DNA of 64,000 bases from Aplysia californica (lineage: Eukaryota), in assembly GCF_000002075.1 (NCBI RefSeq), contig NW_004797549.1, positions 435,608-499,607 on the forward strand, given 5' to 3'. Below the pieces are notes generated by a model, which was not told the DNA's origin, made no database searches, and saw only the letters and a list, made by a program, of their open reading frames with translations. Shown here in pieces: positions 13,801 through 25,189 of the stretch (its first letter is position 1; each line of letters begins with the position of its first letter). A program made the translations under genes and the position numbers.

Positions 13801-16800
13801 ATCTGTCATCCTTATCTCCCTTCCTTCTTTTTTGTGTATGTTACTCTCTTGTAACACATAATGTATTCTTCGGCACTTATATGACCTTATTGTGTTGCAA
13901 GTGCCGTAAAACTCTTACTAAAACTAAACAAAGTGAGCTCCTCTGGGACTCAACAGTGAGGTCTGTCTGCGAAAGGGTAAAAGAAAAGAGAGATCACTTT
14001 GCTCATTGAATTAAAATATAATCATTAACTTAAGATTTTGATGAGTCTTGAGCCATTTATATCTGATATAGTATTACACTTTTGGTAAAACAAATACAAT
14101 AATATGGTCATAGCTATAATTATGTGAAAGTCACCACCATCATGGTCATGAACATCATCATTACCACAATGACCATCATCATCACCACCTTAACCTTGGA
14201 AGACTCTGAAGTAATTTTTTATCGATAAGTGTAATTAAACAATTTTTATTAACTAAAACACCTACATGATTTGTATCCAAGGCTTCATCAGGAGGGATGC
14301 TACCAATAGTATCATTGTGATGATCAGGAGTGATGGTACCGTCACCATCTTCATGTCATGAACTTCACCATTACTACCATAACCACCACCATCATAACAA
14401 TAACAACCACCATCGTCATCATTGTCATAACTGTCGTCATCTTCATGCCATGATCATCACCATTACCACTACAGCCATGACCGCCACTACCATGACCACC
14501 ATCAATATCATAACCGCAACCACGTCCATCACTGTCGTAACCACCATCATCATCCTCATGCTATGACCATCACCATTACCACTACAACCACGACCACCAC
14601 TACCACAACCACCACCATTCTTACCATTACCACTACCATCACCATCATTATCTTCATGCAATGATCATGACCATTACCACCACAACCATAACCAACCATC
14701 ACTACCATAACCACCATCATTATTATCAATAACACTGCCACTACCAACACTGTCATTATAACCATCATCATCTTCATACCATGACCACCGCTGTCATAAC
14801 CACCACCATAACCACTGCCACCACCATCACTGTCATTTCAACCATCACCATCCCCAGGTCCTGAAGCACCTTGAGCTCCAGGAGGGCCGTCACATCCAGG
14901 ACGAGGACATTGTGGCCGACCTCAAGTTTGTCACCGAGACTCTGCACGACTCCATCAAACATCTTAGGTACCTGCCGCACCCACACCACGCACTCTTGCT
15001 GATCTTCTCAGTCTGTCTGTGTATTTGTCTCACCCTCTCGTTTTCCCTTTGCCTCTTTACTGTCTCTCACTCTTTCACTTTCAACCCCCTTTCCCTCCCT
15101 CTCTCCTCCCCCATTTTCTTTCTCTCCCTATTTTGGAGAAAGTGAGTGTATGTTTTTTCACACTTGTGTCCGTCTCTCAATCTTCAGCTCCCTGGACGAG
15201 TATGTGTCAGAGGTCAAGTCTGGCCGCCTTGAATGGAGCCCGGTGCACCGATCTGACCGGTTCTGGCACGAGAATGCTGCCCATCTCAATGACCACAACT
15301 ATGAACTGCTCAAGTGAGTATGAAATACTGTTGAACAGAACTGTCCCCCAGTACTTGATAGTTGTTGGAAAGGCAGCCAAAGGAAAAGTTTATATGTGAG
15401 CTTTTGCCAATAGATGGGTACCTCTGTAGCTCAGAGGGTTGATGATAAAGTTTTTTGTGTTTCGTTTTTACTTAAATTTTTCTATTCATGTATCTCCTCC
15501 TACAAAAGCATGTATTTACAGACCTACAGGTGACGTGCTAAGCTGTGTTATGGGCATTACATAACATCAAGTCAAATTCTTTCAGACATAACTATGATAA
15601 AACCTTTTTTAGAATTTGAACATACAAAATTATTTTATCAGTTTTCTTATTGCTTTAATTTTCAAACATAAGCATGAAGAGCATATAAAATGGTGAGGAT
15701 CACCAAAAAAAGAAATTCTGAATGCCACTGTGTTTGCATTTGTGTCATCATAGTTATGTCTGTAAGAAAAGAAAAACTTTCCATTTTTATATCTTAATCT
15801 GTTGTATGAAAATTTGAGCAAAAGATTCAGAAGATTCAGTTTGACTCATAATGCAGGTTGGTGATGAAAAAATGCCACTTTATTCACATTTTACTATGGA
15901 TCTCTGCAAAGTATCAAATATCTTTTGAACATAACCATGACACAAAATGAAAAATAGCCTGAAAAGTAATTTATGGAACATAAAATTATTTTAATAGTTT
16001 TCTCATTGCTTTAATTTTTAAAACATAAGCATGAAGAGCATATAAAATCACAGAAATAAGAAATTCTGAATGTCTTTGTGTTCACATTTATGCCATCATA
16101 GTTATGTCCGAAAGAAATGAAAAACTTTCCATTTTCATATATATATTTTAATTCATTCAAAAAAATTTTGCTAACAAAGATTCAGGAGATTCAGTTTGAC
16201 TTATAATACATGCTTATGGTGAAAAAATGCCACTTAATTCACATTTTACTATGACTCTATGCAAAATACCAAATATTTTTCAAACATAACCACGATGACA
16301 CATAATGAATAAATGTTTGTCGTCATTTTGGAACATATCAATTTACATCAAGTTTTCCCCTCTCGTTGACATCTAGCCAAGCATGTGTGATCGCATCCAG
16401 ATCTTCCACTATTTGACCACTGGAACGCAGTACAATGTTAATCATTACTTGGTTTAAATTTAATTAAATGGTGGAAACATTTTTCGAACATAACATGTTA
16501 AGATTTGATGACTACCTAAGAAAACTTAAATGAATTCGTCTCATCCATTGTTATTCTTCTCACTGTCTTGCATCGCACAACAATACGCTTTGAATGGATC
16601 GACAGGATCCATGCATGTACTTCCATCCCTATTATTTCTCGTTTTCTGACTGGTTCTTTCATGCACAACAAATGATGACAGAGCACGAGGCGTCGCGGGA
16701 TTTCCGTTTACTGCAAAATCACGCGCGATCACAGCCTCGGAATCTGTCAGCGCATTGAGTAAACATTGAACAATATTATGCTCGATCCGAAACCGATAGA

Positions 16801-19800
16801 AACAAAGTCAGGGGGAATCGAAGTTGCTTTGCGAAATGACCATACGAGTTATGCTTGAAAATGAAAATCTATGATGACAATGACAATCTTTTTTCATCTC
16901 GCAGGGAGAAATTTGTATCTAGAAAGGCTCACAAAGAAAATACAGCTACAGATATGATTATTCCTGATATAGCACCACTAATAATGTAGTTATAGTTGTA
17001 AAAGTGTAGGAGGACGAGTTTCTTAGCAATTATTTCATTGTTGAACTTGACAACAGAAAAGTACAAACTCGACACACCACGTTTTGCATTCTAAAAATAC
17101 ATCAATTTCAGAACTAAAAATATTTGTAAGATTTCTTCTGATGACCCGACTGCTATTTCTCTGCTCCCATAACTGAAACATATTAAGCACAACATATATA
17201 CAAATTTCACAGCTGTAGCACCATTTTTTATTGAAATAGGAAAGTATTTTGTAAAGTATGTGAAGAAACCCCCACCTATTGACAAAGGCTCACATTGTAG
17301 TATTATGAAGTAAGGGGTACCTCAATGTTTGTGCAAACTTTATACAAACTTGCTCTAATGGCTACCTGTCCAAAACAATCACCTGTACAAATGGCCACTT
17401 CCCACCCCGCACATTTTTTTTCTGTATTAACGCCTTCATTGTCCTGGTGCCTCACAATAATGCGTAATTTTTAAGACAACCACTTTTCTCGTTGACAATG
17501 GGTGGTCATTTGAGCAATGTCAACTGTATATGTAGTTTTACACCACCTTCCATGCCATTTACATTATTTAGACAGCAGGCTTCTCCAACCCTGTTTATCA
17601 AGGCCAATGTGTTGTGTGTGGGATATTATATAGCATCCCAGCGTTAAGACAGTGATGCTTCATGAAATAGATTTTTCCCAGTGAGAATGGAACTCATGTC
17701 GTTAATGTTCAATTGGGAAAAGCCTAAAGAGTTTCTTAACAGGCTCTAACTGCAAATAAGGAATGGAATTATTGTTTGAATAAGAGCAAAAAATGTAACC
17801 TCTGTTGGAACTACATTTGTGTATGAAATGTTACTTGTAAAAAACATGAATCTGTTGCATTTCTACATTTAAAATGGATTCAAAATATGCATGGGTCAAG
17901 AGTTCTCATAATCTTAGTAAAATTCATTTCAAATCAAAAGTTTACAAAGAATGAACAAATAGGAAGAATACTGACAAAATGAGTTGCTTCTTGCAATTCA
18001 TTATTGGAGACATTGGCCAAAAGTTGACGCTGGGGTTGAATTTGTACATTTTCAACTTATGCTATTTTCTTCAAGTTTAACACATCTTTTATCATTTCAT
18101 ACTAATAAATCATACGAACTCAACCTATCAGTTTCACATATCTTTATTCGTTCTGCCAAAATCCGAGAAGTAACTCATTTTGTCAAGAAGGCTCACAAAT
18201 GATCTAACAAACAGATGGGCAAACAAAAAAAATAATCTGTTGTGTTGATTGTACACAGGATGCTAATCAAGTTGTTGGAAACCAGCAAGGACCCACTGAT
18301 TCTGTCTGTTGCTGCTCACGACATTGGAGAGTATGTGAGATACTACCCAAGGGGGAAGAAGTAAGTGTCTACTGTTTGTTACCGCATTTTGAACTAGAGG
18401 TGGATCAGCCACCTACAGCCTACTGGTGAAACCCAGCCTGTGAAGTGTCTGTTGGTGTTTGGGTGTTTGTGTGTGTGTCATAGTTGTACTGAGAAGACTT
18501 TCAGTCATGAAGTTTTATGTGAAGATCAAGACAGTTAATGTGTATGTTTGTTAACAGTATTGAGCAATTTCAAACTCAATATGACGATGGTAATGTGTAA
18601 AGTGTCTGTCAATGTCTTTGCAGATAGAATTGAGTGAAGTCTTGACTTAAGTTACTGCAAATATGATAACAGTCAATGTGTCTGTGTGTGTTTGTATGTT
18701 CCTCCTGTGTTGCAAAACTGTGTAAATTTTGTATGGAGATGGTGACAGGATATATTTCTCTGTGCGTGTCCATGTTTGTGTGTTGACTGTATTTTGTTGA
18801 TCGTCGGAAGGTGGTCTGGTGTGGTTTGCTTCTTCTTTTTTATCAAACCTTTATTTTCTTTATCTCTCCTCCTTTTCCTGATATATTAGTGGGTGGTTGG
18901 TGGGTGCTCTGGTGTGATTTACTTCTTCTTTCCTATCAAACATCTATCGTCCTTATCTCCCCTTCTTTTTTATGTTTGTTACTTTCTTGTAACACCTCTC
19001 ATCTTCTGGCGTTCATATGACCTTATGCAGTTGTGAGAGCTGTAAAACCTCTACTAAACTAACTGATATGTTACTCTAGTAACACCTCTGATCAGCTCTA
19101 CTTTTATGACCTTCTTGTGTTACAAATGCCATAATATAACTCTTACTAAAACTAAACCATACGATTGTGTTTACTTCCCCCAGCATCGTGGAACAGCTGG
19201 GCGGCAAGCAGATGGTGATGCAGTTTATGATGCACTCTGACCCCAATGTCAAATACGAGGCACTCATTGCAGTGCAAAAGATTATGGTCCATAACTGGTG
19301 AGAGTCTTGTTGTTTGTTTCTTTTCTGTCTTTTGCTGAGGTTTTAAGAAGATAATGTGAGTGGTTGGCGGGTGCTCTGGTGTGGTTTGCTTCTTCTTTCC
19401 TATTAAAAATCTATCGTCCTTGTCTCCCCTCCATCTTTTTTATGTTTGTTACTCTCTTTTAACACCTCTAATCTTCTGGCGCTCATATTACCTTAGGCAG
19501 TTGCGAGCGCCGTAAAACCTCTACTAAAACTAAAACATAAGAAGATAATCAAGTTGTTTTAGGGGTTTGTTTTACGGGTTATGATTTTTTGCTGTAATGA
19601 TGTTCAAGTAAACATTAAGTCAGCTTGGTAATGACCACTTGCTATGCTAATTGTGAAACAGTCATGGCTGGAGAGTGTTTTGTTCTCTTTTAGTTTCAGA
19701 CTCCGATTCAATTTCCAGTACTTAAAAAAGTAGGCTATATTTGTATTTCTTTTCTTTCTTTCCTTTTTTTTTTTTTTTTTTTTTGGTATTATGGAGTATC

Positions 19801-19915
19801 TATCTGTAATTGTTAGAGTAATCGTCGCCTAAGAACTATTTTGCTCAAAGTCACTCTCTATTTAAGTAAACTTTGGACAAAATAATAGTCCTGAGGCGAC
19901 GTAGTGTCTCAGCAT

Positions 19916-19953
<38 letters not shown>

Positions 19954-20712
19954 CTCTATTGAACTCCCAGTGGAGCATAGGCCATCAACATTTCTCAAGG
20001 CCCCCCCCCTTTTTTCATTTCTGCTTGTACCGCTCGCCTCCATGTCATCTTTGGTCTTCCTTTCTTAAGTTTTCCTTGTGGATTCCACGCCAAAGCCTGT
20101 CTGATGATGCTTGTCGGGAGTCTCCTCAGGGTGTGCCTAATCCATTTCCATTTCTTCACCTGTATGTCTTCCTTTACTGCCCTTTGGCTTGTTCTTTTCC
20201 ACAGTTGAGCATTTGTGACTCGATCGTTCCACTTGATCCCCACTATCCTTCTTAGACATCCATTTATGAAGCTCTGCAGTTTTGAACATAACTTGACTAT
20301 AGTTTTTCTTTGGGTTTTTTTTTTCACTTTGTAACAGGTGTAATGATCATTATATGTATATATAATATGTACTGTAAATGCAGTATGTGCTCTATAGCAA
20401 GGTTTATANNNNNNNNNNNNNNNNNNNNNNNNNNNNNNNNNNNNNNNNNNNNNNNNNNNNNNNNNNNNNNNNNNNNNNNNNNNNNNNNNNNNNNNNNNNN
20501 NNNNNNNNNNNNNNNNNNNNNNNNNNNNNNNNNNNNNNNNNNNNNNNNTTTTCACCCTCTCCCCCTTTCCCTGATACAAGCCAAGAATTTGTTGATATTC
20601 CATGACCCGCCAGTGATATTTTAATAACCTTTGTATCTGTTCTAGGGAGTACCTCGGCAAGGCACAGGATGCCAAGCAGCCCGGGTTTGGCCCAAATCCC
20701 ATCAAGGCATAG
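4769..20712 (+). CDS. ATP6V1H: V-type proton ATPase V1 subunit H, 15 coding exons, 475 aa
   Basis: Exons 4769-4826, 6832-6913, 7177-7276, 7689-7778, 9897-10010, 10606-10710, 11160-11257, 11813-11920, 12608-12692, 13496-13564, 14858-14967, 15188-15313, 18259-18360, 19184-19297 and 20646-20712 join via GT-AG introns into 1428 nt with no internal stop. Hallmark motifs: [94 protein letters not shown]. Confidence 0.97.
5255..6332. repeat. Direct and inverted repeat array in ATP6V1H intron 1
   Basis: ~300-bp block 5282-5578 repeated at ~6047-6331 with a partial third copy between; central palindromes of CTATTCTCACCC/GGGTGAGAATAG (e.g. 5781-5806). Confidence 0.8.
6430..6610 (-). mobile_element. tRNA-derived SINE
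   Basis: Reverse strand shows A-box-like TGGTGGAGCAGTTAG and B-box-like GGTTTGAGCC, then TGGGTACCTG...GGGGAAGTAAAGGCGG central domain. Confidence 0.65.
6832..6913 (+). CDS. ATP6V1H: ATP6V1H exon 2 ([27 protein letters not shown])
   Basis: ttacag acceptor, gtaagt donor, conserved VNWxSYLQ. Confidence 0.93.
7177..7276 (+). CDS. ATP6V1H: ATP6V1H exon 3 ([12 protein letters not shown]...ENPNQ)
   Basis: ttccag acceptor, CAG|gtac donor, GQMIS motif. Confidence 0.93.
7689..7778 (+). CDS. ATP6V1H: ATP6V1H exon 4 ([30 protein letters not shown])
   Basis: 90 nt, phase 0-0, QTxQYxLTxxDDxLQ motif. Confidence 0.93.
7871..8426. mobile_element. Tc1/pogo-like MITE
   Basis: TIRs CAGTCAAACCTGTGTAAAATGGCCACC / GGTGACCGTTTTACACAGTTTACT, TA flanks. 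Confidence 0.7.
9410..9690 (-). mobile_element. Degenerate tRNA-SINE
   Basis: Reverse strand has B-box-like GAGTTTGAACC followed by AAGGCACTTTAC...GGTACCTGGCT core. Confidence 0.5.
9897..10010 (+). CDS. ATP6V1H: ATP6V1H exon 5 ([12 protein letters not shown]...DKFIVYQ)
   Basis: ctccag / gtaagc, 114 nt in frame. Confidence 0.93.
10606..10710 (+). CDS. ATP6V1H: ATP6V1H exon 6 ([11 protein letters not shown]...QIKVP)
   Basis: tttag / gtaagt, 105 nt. Confidence 0.94.
11160..11257 (+). CDS. ATP6V1H: ATP6V1H exon 7 ([19 protein letters not shown]...VDGIS)
   Basis: cctag / gtaagt, CLQxMLR motif. Confidence 0.94.
11603..11779 (+). mobile_element. ~180-bp retroposed SINE-like element (I/Nimb-type 3' end)
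   Basis: Matches the window-wide family; degenerate TSD aaaagtt(t/c)attt. Confidence 0.75.
11813..11920 (+). CDS. ATP6V1H: ATP6V1H exon 8 ([22 protein letters not shown]...)
   Basis: ccccag / gtgagt, FQxQYQ motif. Confidence 0.94.
12608..12692 (+). CDS. ATP6V1H: ATP6V1H exon 9 ([28 protein letters not shown])
   Basis: catcag / gtatgt, KEKVTRI motif. Confidence 0.95.
12735..13085. mobile_element. hAT-like MITE
   Basis: Imperfect TIR TGCCAACCCTCATG / CATGACAGCTGGCA. Confidence 0.45.
13496..13564 (+). CDS. ATP6V1H: ATP6V1H exon 10 ([23 protein letters not shown])
   Basis: ttccag / gtaagg. Confidence 0.95.
13748..13928 (+). mobile_element. ~180-bp SINE-like element
   Basis: Full copy, (AAACT)n tail, TSD ACAAAGTGAG. 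Confidence 0.85.
14130..14857. repeat. Cryptic (CAC/CAT)n trinucleotide low-complexity tract
   Basis: Visible degenerate triplet repeat; produces the spurious His/Thr- and Val/Met-rich ORFs. Confidence 0.9.
14858..14967 (+). CDS. ATP6V1H: ATP6V1H exon 11 ([25 protein letters not shown]...)
   Basis: ccccag / gtacct, DEDI motif. Confidence 0.93.
15188..15313 (+). CDS. ATP6V1H: ATP6V1H exon 12 ([30 protein letters not shown]...)
   Basis: ttcag / gtgagt, V-ATPase H C-terminal domain signature. Confidence 0.96.
15628..16310. repeat. Tandem duplication, two ~355-bp units
   Basis: Shared strings aaacataagcatgaagagcatataaaa, gattcagtttgact and gaaaaaatgccactt at ~355-bp spacing. Confidence 0.85.
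18259..18360 (+). CDS. ATP6V1H: ATP6V1H exon 13 ([33 protein letters not shown])
   Basis: acacag / gtaagt. Confidence 0.96.
18800..19156 (+). mobile_element. Nested pair of SINE-like copies
   Basis: Younger copy 18889-19062 with TSD ctgatat(a/g)tta splits an older copy. Confidence 0.78.
19184..19297 (+). CDS. ATP6V1H: ATP6V1H exon 14 ([15 protein letters not shown]...VQKIMVHN)
   Basis: ccccag / gtgaga. Confidence 0.96.
19356..19537 (+). mobile_element. ~180-bp SINE-like element
   Basis: Perfect 12-bp TSD TAAGAAGATAAT (19344-19355 / 19538-19549). Confidence 0.88.
19960..20300 (-). mobile_element. RTE-BovB-like LINE 3' fragment
   Basis: [28 protein letters not shown]...WKWIRHTLR...[21 protein letters not shown]. 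Confidence 0.85.
20646..20712 (+). CDS. ATP6V1H: ATP6V1H last coding exon ([21 protein letters not shown])
   Basis: tctag acceptor, completes W-EYLGK, TAG stop at 20710-20712. Confidence 0.93.
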
Positions 20713-23390
20713 TATGAGGGTCAAGGTTAGCGTAGTCTTGGACCAACAGCTGTGATGGACACTGTACATGGACTGTAATGAGCGAATGCTGGACTCTTCT
20801 TGAGTGTGAACAAATGTGTGTGCATATTCTTATGAATGGGAGAACGTCTCCTTTCTTTTTTTTTTTTTTTTTTTTTTTTGTCCCTCAAAGTTAGCTCGAT
20901 GAGTAATTTTTTTTGCGTGTGAGTAAGTCTCTGCAAAGTAGGTAAGCACCCCAAATGAGTATTTTGTGTGTATGTATGTGTCTGTGTATTTGTATGCTTT
21001 CTGAAATTATAACTCAAGTCTGTGAAAAGTGGTGTACAATTCAATTCCTGTTGCTGATTTTTCTAACGCATGACATGACTGTCATAACCTTTAAATACCG
21101 GTTCCTATCTCATCTAGATTAGGTCTGTTGCGTAGAATGATCCCTGCATGTCTCGTAGACTACTTAATCTTTCCCTGTGAGAAACCTGAAAGGCTGAAGT
21201 GTCTGGGAGAAAGGTGGCTGCTAGATGTTGCTCAATCGTGTGGTGCATTCCAGGGCTGGTGTGTATAGGGCCTATTTCTTGTGGTTGCGCTAGACGGAGG
21301 TGGATGCCATTACATACACCATTATTCTACTTTGCAATTGAACTGTTTTTGGCACCAGTGAAATGCAATTTCCTACGCATTCTTGTACTTGACTTATCAA
21401 GAGTGAAACTCGAAAGGCTTGGTGTGAAATGAGTGTCAACAAATTAATGTTTCACACATTTTACCGCCAGCAGTGCTTCAAGTTTTCTAGAAACATAGTG
21501 GCCCTAAAACTCAATTGTGAGTAGTGGCAATATCATGCAAAACAATATTTTCATTGTGGGTGAGAACTGTCATGACAAAACCAAAAAAACAGAGGCCTTA
21601 GTTATCCATTGATTCAACTCTTGGGTCGAGTTAATTATTACATGAAATATGTAATATATTTTGGATCCTTCTTGCACTAACTAAATTCTTTTATGACACT
21701 AATGTTTTTGTGCAGGGATAGACATTTTAAAATATTCCTGATTCATTTTGACATTCCACTTTTTAGGGGGACTTAGAGGTCAACATCCTTTCATGTTAGC
21801 TGCAAAAAATTCACTGTGATCTTGACTTTGCCATTTCTTATGTGATTCTATCTTTCTTTGTGTGTCATGTAACAGGGAGAGAAAGAGTTTTCAGGTTGTG
21901 TAATTAGGGGGCTGGTGGTCACTTTGTGTAGCTGTCTGTTATTAGAACTATGGTCTTTTGGTCAATCTGTGATATGGGTGACTGATTTCATATATTATTA
22001 CTGCCTCTAGATAATATAAGAGGCCTGTTCGTCAACAGTCTATGAGAGTCCCCCTCCGTAAGACTGCCTATGAACTATGTACGAAGCTACTCCATGTCAC
22101 TGTGTGTCCTTGATAACCATGTTTCAAAGAAAACTATCCGAGGATTGACGCTTGATATGACCTAAGACGTGTAGCTAGCTTCGAATTTCCTTCAGTTTTG
22201 TGGGTTCTAAAATTGAATATAGTGATGCAACCTGTTTCTTGTCCTTCCTCCCTGCCTCTTGCTCTTAGAGTCTTTTACTTCAAAGTAGCCTACTTTGAAG
22301 GTGTCACTGTTAACAAATATTTATAATCATGACCTCTTACTGATGTATATAATGTCCGTGTGACCTTTTTGAACCACCTTTGGCTCTAGGCCTTTACATG
22401 ACTGTGTATGTGTGCATGTTGTGTTCATGGCTGTTGTGGCAAAGACTAGTTCCCAGATGATGTGGTGTAATTTTATTTCTGTTTTGTGTTTGGAAAATCT
22501 GTTCAGAAGACTGAGGGTATCTTTTTTTTTTCTGGTGAGATTGTGAGGGCGAATAGAGTGTGAGATTCGCCGCAATCAAATATATTGCGGTCCAATGTTA
22601 ATCAGAAGACTCACTCATACATCTGGTATATCGTGTAGATGGATGTATTTAATCAGTGCACAAATTGTCACTTGCGCAACATAGGGGTGGGCAGGTAGCA
22701 ATCCTTGACATCTTTTTTTACTGGATCATGAAATGGGGTATTCACCTGTTTGTAGTAGGCCTACAGTTATTGTTATATGTTTACGCCTATGTTGTACAAC
22801 TGACAAAATTTTGGTACGTGGTGTGTGTATTTCAGTTGTTGTAACCAACCAGCAACAGGTGTTTGTCTGGTGGTCAGCTTGTCTCCAAAATGTTTATTGC
22901 CTTTCTTAAAACGTTATATTACTTTATTTATCATGGTTATCAGGTTTCTATCAAGTAGAGAGAGCTACTTTTGGCTTGCTGGCTCTTGTGGATTTTTCTG
23001 TTTTGTGTCATGAGCGGAAAGCGGAGAATGGTGGGATATCTTCGTATCAGCCAGGGCCAACACTGGACCTGTAATTTGGGGGGAGGGGTGGATATCTCCG
23101 ATGCCTAACACCCTTTTCATGTGTTGCCTGCCCCTAAACACCAACTCCCCAACCCTCACTTTCTTTGGCTCAAATTGTGTTTTTTGTACTCATTGACAGA
23201 GGTCTAGTTATTACGGACTATAGATAGCCAATACATGTATTTGTATTTTTCTTGTTTTCATCTTTCTGCTATTCTTCTGGTCTAAGTCTAGGGAAATTAG
23301 CAATTTTATGGTATTTGTAGAACTCATTTCAATTTGTCAAGTTGTGCACATGTTTTATAGATGCTCACTAGTCAGTGTATAGCATTCATT

Positions 23391-23463
23391 AATAAAATAT
23401 ACATACATAGTTGAGAATGTCAAATGAATGTAAATGTATCATTATCATGGGCTATGAAATAAA
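23391..23463 (+). terminator. Probable ATP6V1H poly(A) signals (3' UTR about 2.7 kb)
   Basis: AATAAA at 23391 and 23458, nearby TGTA motifs, GT/T-rich tract downstream (~23484-23500). Confidence 0.55.
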
Positions 23464-23714
23464 CCCATTTTTTGTGATCTAAATGTGTGTTTTTTTGGTT
23501 ATTGCTTTGTCACTGTCGTCCTCGTACTTCATAGTGTACCACTGTGACATTGTTTGTCTATCAATGTCAGAAACGAGTGGTGTAAGCCCTTGATTGTCTT
23601 TTTGAATTTGATGCTTGTTGTGCCATGGTTAGGCCTTGTATTGGAAAGATGGGAGTTGAAGTCTGCATGGGTGAGAATAGGATTTCCATTGAGTATCTTC
23701 ACCTTTTTCTTGGA

Positions 23715-23896
23715 TGGGTGGTTGGCAGGTGCCATGCTGTGTTTTGTTTTTTCTTTCCAATCAAACATCTATTGTCCTTGTCTTTCCTCCTTGTTTTGTA
23801 TGTTATTCTTTAGTAACTCCTCAAATCTTTGGCACTTATATTAATATACAACCTTATTGTTTTGCATGTGCCCCGAAACTCTTACCAAAACTAAAC
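23715..23896 (+). mobile_element. Diverged ~180-bp SINE-like element
   Basis: Family similarity, degenerate TSD ttttc(t/c)tgga. Confidence 0.75.
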
Positions 23897-24554
23897 ATTT
23901 TCCTGGAATGTATCTGGCTCTAAAGTAGCCTACATGGCAGATTTCACTGCGACAGGTCGAGTCAAAGCAGCCCACATTGTTAATGGTCTAAATTCTGTCA
24001 ATGGAAAGGTAAAACAGTACAACAGAAGACTCAACACTACTTAAAGTGTACAGTGTATTAGCAGTAGCATGTTTTGTTAACATCTGGTGCTGTGCGTCCC
24101 ACAATTTGGGGGGGGGGGGGGAGGCTATAGAACGTCAGTCAGCGGTGTATATAGCATAATACTATTATCTGATTGGTAATCGCCTGGTGTCTTTCTTTTT
24201 CTATCGAGAGGGTTCTCAGTTCCAGTTAGTATTTTGCCGACCCGCGGTTAATATGTCACGACGAGGTGGAATCAGGCCCTCGTCAATTTTTGTTTTGGGC
24301 CTGCGGAGTTTTTGGTATCATCTTAAAGCTTAATCATGTGTCTTGCATTCAATGAAAAAAAATATATTTATCTTGAATAGAAGTCGAGGTATCTGCAATT
24401 GAAAGAGGTGGAAGTCGCCATGTTTCAGACGTTAAATTACCCCCCCCCCCTGGGGCGGTGCTGCTGGCTGAAGTGTCTTCTTGTGCACGATAGAATTGTA
24501 AATGGGCTGATTCATCGATGTCCTGCTCATAACTGTGCCTGAACTGCAACAGGG

Positions 24555-24810
24555 AACTGCTGCTTTTCTTTTCTAATCTTTACTATCGTCATTTTTCCTC
24601 TACTTCTTTTGTATGTTTGTCACACTCTTGTGACCTGTCATTTCCGGGATGCCTTGATACAGCAGACCTATTGTGCTCTTGAAGCTAGAGAGGTTAGCAG
24701 AGTAAGTCTGATTCCCTATAAGGACTTCTCTGTTGACATCCACCCCTTTGCGCTCATATGACCTTAATATGCAGTGGCGAGCGCTGTAAACCCTTTACTA
24801 AAACTAAAAC
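24555..24810 (+). mobile_element. Long variant of the SINE-like family
   Basis: Same 3' hairpin and tail plus an extra internal segment shared with 52630-52760. Confidence 0.7.
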
Positions 24811-25189
24811 GGCAGCCAAAGTTTGGTTATTTCTGTAGCTTGAGAGCTGAAAACTTACATTTTCTGTTCCTTTAATCAACGATTTTCTGTAAAATCCACA
24901 CAGGAATGTGTGCTTGAATCAACATTAAAGACGTTGAGCCGGCTAAAAATTATGGAATTTGAGTTGTGTGCATTTTTAGCTTCCTCTGCCTCTCTTACAA
25001 CTATTTCATCTTATAGGAACCCCCAAAAACCCAATTTCTTCCCATACCGGGCATGTGTGTCACCACCATTTCCTCATAAAGTCTTTTTTTTTTTCGTTAT
25101 CGGCCGTTTTCTCAAAACGATACTTTTCTCTAAACTTTTTGGAATAACTCCACCACTTTTCATCCAATCTGATACCATTTATTATTGCG

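Noticed and set aside
14330-14989. His/Thr-rich and Met/Val-rich ORFs
   Set aside because: Translations of the (CAC/CAT)n tract; no independent gene structure.
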